A DNA stretch of 32,000 bases from NCBI RefSeq assembly GCF_000021865.1, contig NC_014034.1, positions 1,770,001 through 1,802,000 of the forward strand, read 5' to 3'. Position numbers and translations under genes: made by a program. The notes beneath the pieces are model-generated. The model was given only the letters and a program-made list of their open reading frames with translations. It made no database searches and had not been told where the DNA came from. Positions 25,801-32,000 of this stretch are shown in pieces; position 1 is the first letter of the stretch, and each line of letters starts with the position of its first letter. The stretch comes from Rhodobacter capsulatus SB 1003 (GTDB lineage Bacteria > Pseudomonadota > Alphaproteobacteria > Rhodobacterales > Rhodobacteraceae).

Positions 25801-26970
25801 ATGGATCACCCCGACAGCGGTCTTTGGCGGGGGCCGGCCGCCGCCGTGCCCGCGCGCGCGGCGGTCCCGGTTGGTCTGCCCGATCCGCTGCCGCGTCTGG
25901 CGCGGGCGCTCGGCCCCGGGCCTTTCGCGCAGGTCTTCCTCTTTGCCAGCCCCGAGGCCGATCTCGCGGCGCTGGCCGCCGCGGCCCCCGCGGTTTTCGG
26001 CCCGGCCCGGGTCTGCGGCTGTTCCACCTCGGGCGAGATCACCGGGCGCGGCTATGACAGCGGCCAGATCGTCGCCTTTGCCCTGCCCGCGGCCGGGTTC
26101 GAGGTCGAGCAGCTGCTGATCGAGCCGCTGGATGCGCTGGACCCGCGGGCGCTGATTTCCGATCTGTTGCGGGCGCGGCAGGCCTTGGGGCGGCGCGCGC
26201 CGGACTGGCCCCACGAGGCGGCGGTGCTGCTGATCGACGGGCTTTCGGGACAGGAGGATGCGCTGGTCGCGGCGCTGTCGGGCGGGCTGGGGGCGGTGCC
26301 GGTCGTCGGCGGCTCGGCCGGGGACGGGGCGCGGTTCCGCACGGCGCCGGTCTTTGCCCGCGGCCAGCTGCGCGAGAATGCGGCGGTGCTGACGCTGATC
26401 CGTTCGGCCTGGGAATTGCGGCCCTTCTGTTTCGCCCATCAGCGCCCGACCGCGCGGCGGATGGTGGTGACGCGGGCCGATCCCTCGCGCAGGCTGGTGG
26501 CGCGGATCAACGACGAACCGGCGGCGCGGGAATATGCCCGCGCGCTGGGGCGGCTGCCCGAGCAGCTGACGCCCTTCCTTTTCGCCGCGCATCCGCTTCT
26601 GGTGCGGGCGGGCGGGCGGCATCATGTGCGCTCGATCCAGCAGGTGGAGCCCGACGGCGGGCTGACCTTCTTTGCCGCGATCGACGAGGGGCTGGTGCTG
26701 ACCCTGGCCGAGCCGGTCGACATGGTGGCGCATCTGCGCGCGGAAATGGCCGGTCTGTGCGCGGGCGGGCGTCCTTCGGTGATCCTGGCCTTCGACTGTT
26801 TCTTTCGCCGTCTGGAGGCCGAGGGGCGTCAGCTGGGCCGCGAGATCTCCGAGTTGCTGATGCAGCACGGGGTCTGGGGGCTGTCGACCTATGGCGAGCA
26901 GGTGGGGGCGATGCATGTGAACCAGACCCTGACCGGGCTGGCCTTTTATCCGCCCGAGGTCCGCAGATGA
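25801..26970 (+). CDS. FIST-domain signal-transduction protein
   Basis: Within ORF 25720..26970. ATG 25801 is 5 nt after AGGAGGAGG. FIST_N/FIST_C-like sequence: CGCSTSGEI, VPVVGGSAGD, STYGEQ. Confidence 0.7.
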   Translation: MDHPDSGLWRGPAAAVPARAAVPVGLPDPLPRLARALGPGPFAQVFLFASPEADLAALAAAAPAVFGPARVCGCSTSGEITGRGYDSGQIVAFALPAAGFEVEQLLIEPLDALDPRALISDLLRARQALGRRAPDWPHEAAVLLIDGLSGQEDALVAALSGGLGAVPVVGGSAGDGARFRTAPVFARGQLRENAAVLTLIRSAWELRPFCFAHQRPTARRMVVTRADPSRRLVARINDEPAAREYARALGRLPEQLTPFLFAAHPLLVRAGGRHHVRSIQQVEPDGGLTFFAAIDEGLVLTLAEPVDMVAHLRAEMAGLCAGGRPSVILAFDCFFRRLEAEGRQLGREISELLMQHGVWGLSTYGEQVGAMHVNQTLTGLAFYPPEVRR

Positions 26971-26976
26971 GCCCCG

Positions 26977-29214
26977 ATGACCTGCAGGACGGCCCGGGCG
27001 CTGGTCGATCCGCGCGATCCGCCCGAGCGGCAGACCGAGAAGCTTCTGACCATCGTCGGCGCGCTGATCCGCCATGCCGAGGAAACCCCCGAGGATACGC
27101 GGGGCCGCCTGGGTGCAGTTCGAACCGGCCGGCATGCTGGAGGACAGGTCCGCGACCGCACCCGCGATCTGGAACGGGCGCTCGATCTGCTCAATGCCTC
27201 GAATGCGCGGCTGGCCGAGGCGCATCGCGAAACCGAGGCGGCGCGCTCGAACCTCGCCTCGGCGATCGAGACGGTGCAGGAGGGATTCGCGCTCTTTGAT
27301 GCCAATGACGTGCTGGTGATGTGCAATTCGCGCTTCAACGCGCTGTTGCCCGACATCCGCGCGCAGATGAAACCGGGGCTGACCTTCACCCGTTATGTCG
27401 AGATCGCCGCCCATTCCCGCCATCTGGGCATGCCCGACGGGATGACGCGGAACGACTGGGTGCGGATGCGGCTGATGCGGCATCAGCAGCACCATTTCAT
27501 CCTGACCCAGCAGATGGGCGAGGATCGCTGGGTGCAAGTGTCGGAACATCGCACCCGCGAGGGGGGGACGGTGATCCTGCAGACCGAGGTCACCGATTTC
27601 ATCCGCCGCGAACGCGAGGCCCGCGGGCGTCGGCTGGACGATCAGGCGGCGGTGCTGCGCCCGACGCTCGAACATCTGAAGATCGGCGTCTGTCTGTTCG
27701 ACGTGCGGCTGCATCTGCTGGTCTGGAACGAGCGGCTGGCGGAATTCCTGACCCTGCCGCGCAACCGGCTGTGGCGGGGGATGCATTTCGACGCGCTTTT
27801 GGAACAGGTGCGGGGCCAGTTCATCTTTCCGGGTGGCCATTCGGCGCGGCAATTGTCCGACTGGGTGCGGCGCGCGCGCAGGCTCGAGACCTTTCAGATC
27901 GAGGTCACCCGCGACGGCGGTCAGGTCTACGAGATCTTCGCGCAGGAATTGCCCGATGGCGGTTTCGTGGTGTCGCTGGAAGACATCACCGAGGTCCGCT
28001 CGACGCTGGCGGAGCTGAGCCGGGCGAACGAGACGCTGGAGGCGCGGGTGACCGAGCGCACCTGCGAGTTGGAGGATGCGCTGGCCAGTGCGGAACGGGC
28101 GAATGCCTCGCGGGCGCGATTCGTGGCGGCGGCCAGCCATGACCTGTTGCAGCCGCTCTCGGCGGCGAAGCTTTATCTGGCCTCGCTCGGCGATGACGCG
28201 CTGACCGCCTCGGCGCGGCGCACGCTCGACAAGGCGCAGAACGCGCTTTTGTCGGTCGAGGGGATTCTGGGGGCGCTGCTGGATATTTCCCGGCTCGAAT
28301 CGGGGCGGGCGGCGATCGACCCTGCGGCGGTGCCGCTTGGCCCGGTGTTCCGGCAGCTGGCCGATGAATTCGCCCCGGCGGCGGCGCTCAAGGGGTTGCG
28401 GCTGCGGGTGCGCCCGACCGAGGCGGTGGTGTTTTCCGACCGCGCCTATCTGCGCCGGATCCTGCAGAACCTGATCTCGAATGCGATCCGCTACACCGCC
28501 CGGGGCTCGGTGCTGGTGGCGGCGCGCAGGCGCGGCGGGCTCTGGCGGGTCGAGGTGCGCGATTCGGGGCAGGGCATCGCCGAGGAGCATCAGGAGCTGA
28601 TCTTTCGCGAATTCCAGCGCATCGACGCCCATGCCTCGGCCTCCGAGGGGATGGGGCTGGGGCTGGCCATTGTCGAACGGGCGGCGGCGCTTTTGGGCCA
28701 TCCGCTCTCGCTGCGCTCGGCCTCCGGCTGCGGCGCGACCTTTTCGCTCGATCTGGCGCAGGCGGCGCGGCCGGTCACGCGCGTCGAACCGGGGCGGGCG
28801 GTGCCGCTGGCCCGCGATGCCGAAGCTTCGGAGCTGGTCGTGCTGCTGGTCGAGAACGACCCGGAGCTGTCGCGGGCGATGGTGCAGCTGCTGGAGACAT
28901 GGGGGGTGAGCGTGTTCGACGTCCCCTCGGGCGAGGAGGCGCTGGCGCTGGTCGCGGCGACCGGGCTGGTGCCCGACCGCTGTCTGATCGACTATCAGCT
29001 GGGCGCGGGGATGAGCGGGCTGGACTGTCTGGCGGCCCTGCGGGCGCGGCTGGGGCCGGTTTCGGCGCTGATCGTCACCGCCGACCGCAGCGAGGCGCTG
29101 GGCGCCGAGGCCCGGGCGCTGGGGGGGGCCGTGCTGCAAAAACCGATCCCGACCGAGGCGCTTTCAGAGTTCCTTTTCGGCGCCGGATCGGGCGGCGCGG
29201 CCGCTACGCCGTGA
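26977..29214 (+). CDS. soluble PAS-domain hybrid sensor histidine kinase / response regulator
   Basis: ORF 26977..29214, 745 aa, with no hydrophobic N-terminal segments. H-box [10 protein letters not shown]-box [10 protein letters not shown]-boxes DSGQGI and GMGLGLAIV, and a C-terminal receiver (LLVENDP, LIDYQL) are present. Confidence 0.85.
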   Translation: MTCRTARALVDPRDPPERQTEKLLTIVGALIRHAEETPEDTRGRLGAVRTGRHAGGQVRDRTRDLERALDLLNASNARLAEAHRETEAARSNLASAIETVQEGFALFDANDVLVMCNSRFNALLPDIRAQMKPGLTFTRYVEIAAHSRHLGMPDGMTRNDWVRMRLMRHQQHHFILTQQMGEDRWVQVSEHRTREGGTVILQTEVTDFIRREREARGRRLDDQAAVLRPTLEHLKIGVCLFDVRLHLLVWNERLAEFLTLPRNRLWRGMHFDALLEQVRGQFIFPGGHSARQLSDWVRRARRLETFQIEVTRDGGQVYEIFAQELPDGGFVVSLEDITEVRSTLAELSRANETLEARVTERTCELEDALASAERANASRARFVAAASHDLLQPLSAAKLYLASLGDDALTASARRTLDKAQNALLSVEGILGALLDISRLESGRAAIDPAAVPLGPVFRQLADEFAPAAALKGLRLRVRPTEAVVFSDRAYLRRILQNLISNAIRYTARGSVLVAARRRGGLWRVEVRDSGQGIAEEHQELIFREFQRIDAHASASEGMGLGLAIVERAAALLGHPLSLRSASGCGATFSLDLAQAARPVTRVEPGRAVPLARDAEASELVVLLVENDPELSRAMVQLLETWGVSVFDVPSGEEALALVAATGLVPDRCLIDYQLGAGMSGLDCLAALRARLGPVSALIVTADRSEALGAEARALGGAVLQKPIPTEALSEFLFGAGSGGAAATP

Positions 29215-30340
29215 CGATCCAGCCGCCGCCGAAGATCCGGCTGCCTTCGGTTTCGTAAAAGACGCAGGCCTGACCCGGGCTGACGCCTTCTTCGGGCTCG
29301 ATCAGCTCGACCTCGGCCGTGGTGGCCGAGAGCGGCCGCAAGATCGCCGGACGCGGCGCCCGGGTGGAGCGGATCCGCACCGAGACCTCCCGTTCCGGGT
29401 GGCTTTCGAACGGCTCGTCGCCCAGCCAGTTGATTTCGGCCACCCGCAAAAGCCGCGTGGCAAGCGCCTCTTTCGGGCCGACGATCACCCGGCGCGTGTC
29501 GGGATCAAGCTTCACCACGTAAAGCGGATGATCGCCGAGGCCCCCGATGCCCAGGCCGCGGCGCTGCCCGATCGTGTAGTGGATCACGCCCTTGTGATGG
29601 CCCAGCACTTTGCCCGCAAGATCGACGATCTCGCCCGGATCGGCGGCGCCGGGGCGCAGCTTTCGATGACGCTCGCATAATTCCGTCGGCACGAAGCAGA
29701 TATCCTGGCTGTCGGGCTTGTCGGCGACGATCAGACCGAATCTGGCGGCCAGTTTGCGGGTCTCCGCCTTCGAGGGCAGGTGGCCCAGCGGGAATCGCAG
29801 GAAGGCAAGCTGCTCGGGCGTGGTCGAGAACAGGAAATAGCTCTGGTCGCGCATCGGATCGGCGGCCGAATGCAGCTCGGGCCCGTGGGCGCCCAGCTTG
29901 CGCTGGATGTAGTGGCCGGTCGCCATGCAATCGGCGTCGAGATCGCGGGCGGTTTCCAGCAGATCCTTGAACTTCACCCGTTCATTGCAGCGGATGCAGG
30001 GTACGGGCGTCGCCCCGGCGAGATAGGCATCGGCGAATTCCTCGATCACGGCTTCGCGGAAAGTGTTTTCGTAATCAAGGACATAGTGGGGGAAATTCAT
30101 CGCTTCCGCGACGCGGCGGGCATCGTGGATGTCCTGGCCCGCGCAGCAGGCGCCCTTTTTCGCCAGGGCCGCGCCATGGTCATAAAGCTGCAAGGTCACG
30201 CCGATGACATCGTAACCTTCCTCCTTCAGCATGGCGGCCACCACCGAGCTGTCGACGCCGCCCGACATGGCGACGACCACGCGGGTGTCGGCGGGCGCTT
30301 TCGGCAGGCCCAGCGAATTCAGGGGGAGATCTTTCGGCAT
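29204..30340 (-). CDS. mnmA: tRNA 2-thiouridine(34) synthase
   Basis: ORF 29204..30340. PP-loop [11 protein letters not shown], then DSQDICFVP and [15 protein letters not shown] local frame anomaly at 29660-29685 is described in findings. Confidence 0.9.
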   Translation of the reverse strand: MPKDLPLNSLGLPKAPADTRVVVAMSGGVDSSVVAAMLKEEGYDVIGVTLQLYDHGAALAKKGACCAGQDIHDARRVAEAMNFPHYVLDYENTFREAVIEEFADAYLAGATPVPCIRCNERVKFKDLLETARDLDADCMATGHYIQRKLGAHGPELHSAADPMRDQSYFLFSTTPEQLAFLRFPLGHLPSKAETRKLAARFGLIVADKPDSQDICFVPTELCERHRKLRPGAADPGEIVDLAGKVLGHHKGVIHYTIGQRRGLGIGGLGDHPLYVVKLDPDTRRVIVGPKEALATRLLRVAEINWLGDEPFESHPEREVSVRIRSTRAPRPAILRPLSATTAEVELIEPEEGVSPGQACVFYETEGSRIFGGGWIVTA

Positions 30341-30405
30341 CGCAACAGTCCTTTAACCAGACCCGCAGGAATATAGGAAAATGCGAACTACTCTCAACCC
30401 TTGGC

Positions 30406-30420
30406 TAAACCCAGCGTTAA
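30406..30420 (+). promoter_or_regulatory. candidate CtrA box TAAA-N7-TTAA upstream of sciP
   Basis: TAAACCCAGCGTTAA has one mismatch to TTAA-N7-TTAA. It ends 46 nt upstream of ATG 30467. Confidence 0.35.
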
Positions 30421-30466
30421 GGCCCTCGGCGCATTCTGCCCCCATGAAGACGAGGGGGGTGAGCCC

Positions 30467-30745
30467 ATGTATCTGAAAAAAGTGGATGGTCCGCGCGCAG
30501 TTACGCTGCCCGACGGGACGATTCTGACCCGGGCCGATCTGCCGCCGAAAGAAACGCGTCGTTGGGTGGCGTCGCGCAAGGCGATCATCGTGCATGCGGT
30601 GACGCATGGTCTGATCGGACGCTCGGAAGTACTTGAACGTTACGGCTTATCGGAGGAAGAATTCGATATCTGGGCGGAAGCGGTCAAGAAACACGGCATC
30701 GCAGGGCTGAAAGTGACGGCGATCCAGAAATATCGACAACTTTAA
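30467..30745 (+). CDS. sciP: SciP-like small CtrA inhibitory protein (DUF1153), 92 aa
   Basis: Within ORF 30401..30745. ATG 30467 follows GAGGGGGGTGAG. Translation is MYLKKVDGPRAVTLPDGTILTRADLPPKETRRWV. It lies immediately upstream of ctrA. Confidence 0.8.
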   Translation: MYLKKVDGPRAVTLPDGTILTRADLPPKETRRWVASRKAIIVHAVTHGLIGRSEVLERYGLSEEEFDIWAEAVKKHGIAGLKVTAIQKYRQL

Positions 30746-30783
30746 GTTGCAAATGAACGGAATCCTGCGACAGTAACTACGTG

Positions 30784-30791
30784 TTAACCAT
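30784..30791 (+). promoter_or_regulatory. candidate CtrA half-site TTAACCAT upstream of ctrA
   Basis: Exact match to the 8-mer CtrA motif described in Caulobacter. It ends 49 nt upstream of ATG 30841. Confidence 0.35.
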
Positions 30792-30840
30792 TTGGTGACA
30801 AGGTCGAACGTGATCGAGGGATTAATGCGGAGAACCCAGG

Positions 30841-31554
30841 ATGCGGATTTTGTTGGTGGAGGACGACCCGACGACCTCTCGCAGCATCGAGCTGATGCTG
30901 ACCCATGCCAACCTCAACGTCTACTGCACCGACCTCGGTGAAGAAGGCATCGACCTTGCCAAGCTTTACGATTACGACCTGATCCTTCTCGATCTGAACC
31001 TTCCCGACATGAACGGGCTCGAGGTGCTGCGTCAGTTGCGTCTGGCTCGTGTCGACACGCCGATTCTGATCCTGACCGGTGCCGATGACACCGAGAACAA
31101 GATCAAGGGCTTCGGCTTTGGCGCCGATGATTACATGACGAAGCCCTTCCATCGCGAAGAGCTGGTGGCCCGGATCCATGCGATCATCCGCCGCTCGAAG
31201 GGGCATTCGCAGTCGATCATCCGCACCGGCAAGATCTCGGTCAACCTCGACGCCAAGACGGTGGAAGTGGGCGGCAAGCCGGTGCATCTGACCGGCAAGG
31301 AATACCAGATGCTGGAGCTGCTCAGCCTGCGCAAGGGCACGACGCTGACCAAGGAGATGTTCCTCAACCATCTTTACGGCGGCATGGACGAGCCCGAGCT
31401 GAAGATCATCGACGTCTTCATCTGCAAGCTGCGCAAGAAGCTGGCCGAAGTCACCGGCGGAGAGAATTACATCGAGACCGTCTGGGGCCGGGGCTATGTG
31501 CTGCGGGACCCTGATCAGGGCGACCTTGACCGCCGCATGGTCGTGGGCGCCTGA
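30841..31554 (+). CDS. ctrA: cell-cycle / GTA master response regulator CtrA (OmpR family)
   Basis: ORF 30841..31554. [20 protein letters not shown] ... DLNLPDMNG ... winged-helix TVWGRGYVL. Confidence 0.95.
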   Translation: MRILLVEDDPTTSRSIELMLTHANLNVYCTDLGEEGIDLAKLYDYDLILLDLNLPDMNGLEVLRQLRLARVDTPILILTGADDTENKIKGFGFGADDYMTKPFHREELVARIHAIIRRSKGHSQSIIRTGKISVNLDAKTVEVGGKPVHLTGKEYQMLELLSLRKGTTLTKEMFLNHLYGGMDEPELKIIDVFICKLRKKLAEVTGGENYIETVWGRGYVLRDPDQGDLDRRMVVGA

Positions 31555-31617
31555 GTCTCCGCTTCTCTCTGGACGCTCCTTGCGGCTGCCCCTAAATGGG
31601 ACAGCCGGAGGAAAGAC

Positions 31618-32000
31618 ATGATGAGCGCAGCACCGTTTTCCGACCTGGACAGCCTGACCCGCGCCGAGGCAGAGGCCGAGGTGCCGGAGCTTGTCGCCCG
31701 GATCGAGGCGGCGAATCATGCCTATCACACCCTTGATGCGCCCAAGATTTCCGATGCTGACTATGATGCGCTGAAACGGCGTCTGGCGGCGATCGAGGCG
31801 CGGTTTCCCGATCTGGCGCGGGCGGACAGCCCGACGATGCGGGTTGGCGCTGCCGTGGCCGAAGGATTCGGCAAGGTCGCGCATGAGATTCGCATGCTCA
31901 GTCTGGAAAACGCCTTTCTGGATGCGGATGTGGCGGATTTCGACGGGCGGATGCGCAGCTATCTGGGGCTTGGCCCCGAGAGTGCCTTGCCCTGCACCGC
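31618..32000 (+). CDS. ligA: NAD-dependent DNA ligase, N-terminal ~127 aa (3' end outside window)
   Basis: Absent from the ORF track because it has no stop in the window. My own translation from ATG 31618 (GGAGGAAAG upstream) gives MMSAAPFSDL...ANHAYHTLDAPKISDADYDALKRRL...FPDLARADSPTMRVGA...HEIRMLSLENAF. Confidence 0.85.
   Translation, partial: MMSAAPFSDLDSLTRAEAEAEVPELVARIEAANHAYHTLDAPKISDADYDALKRRLAAIEARFPDLARADSPTMRVGAAVAEGFGKVAHEIRMLSLENAFLDADVADFDGRMRSYLGLGPESALPCT

Noticed and set aside
1-32000. Scan for tRNA/rRNA genes, CRISPR arrays, IS elements, integrases or phage genes, and a pqqA-like small ORF.
   Set aside because: No regularly spaced short repeats, cloverleaf-sized conserved stretches, transposase- or integrase-like translations, or a short E-x3-Y peptide ORF were seen by eye. 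A dedicated tool (tRNAscan-SE, Infernal) would still be needed to exclude small RNAs.

Overview
High-GC (roughly 65-70% by eye) alphaproteobacterial chromosome segment of Rhodobacter/Paracoccus type; the mnmA / sciP-ctrA-ligA block at the 3' end matches my memory of Rhodobacter capsulatus-like genomes. All family calls come from reading the translations; no searches were run.

Layout:
- (a) 1-820: 3' end of lpxB.
- (b) 808-10028, minus strand: six tightly packed genes. A 1142-aa transglutaminase/DUF2126-type protein, a fused circularly permuted ATP-grasp + alpha-E protein and a small transglutaminase run straight into pxpB-pxpC-pxpA (5-oxoprolinase). Most junctions are 4-nt start/stop overlaps. 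This is my best candidate for an undescribed system.
- (c) 10204-13095: a NosR/NirI-like membrane flavo-FeS protein reading in frame into an ApbE-like flavin transferase. The ApbE Tat signal sits in a different frame.
- (d) 13092-24878: a quinoprotein island. It holds XoxJ/MoxJ-like and PedF/XoxG-like proteins, a NitT/TauT-type ABC importer, a PedA1A2BC/LutABEF-like putative lanthanide-uptake operon with an extra small acidic secreted protein, a Sel1 protein, a small c-type cytochrome and a XoxF-type PQQ dehydrogenase carrying the lanthanide Asp signature.
- (e) 25035-29214: a LuxR-type response regulator, a FIST protein and a soluble PAS hybrid histidine kinase.
- (f) mnmA, sciP, ctrA and the 5' end of ligA.

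Non-genic signals:
- A ~212-bp multi-hairpin element is present twice in direct orientation, bracketing the uptake module.
- A CCAWTGGWC..AATA motif recurs upstream of three plus-strand operons of the island.
- There are candidate CtrA boxes and one terminator-like hairpin.
- At three loci (ApbE start, kinase N-terminus, mnmA) conserved-looking peptide continues in another frame next to short homopolymer runs. This suggests indel errors or real compensated frameshifts.

I saw no tRNA, rRNA, CRISPR array or IS/transposase.
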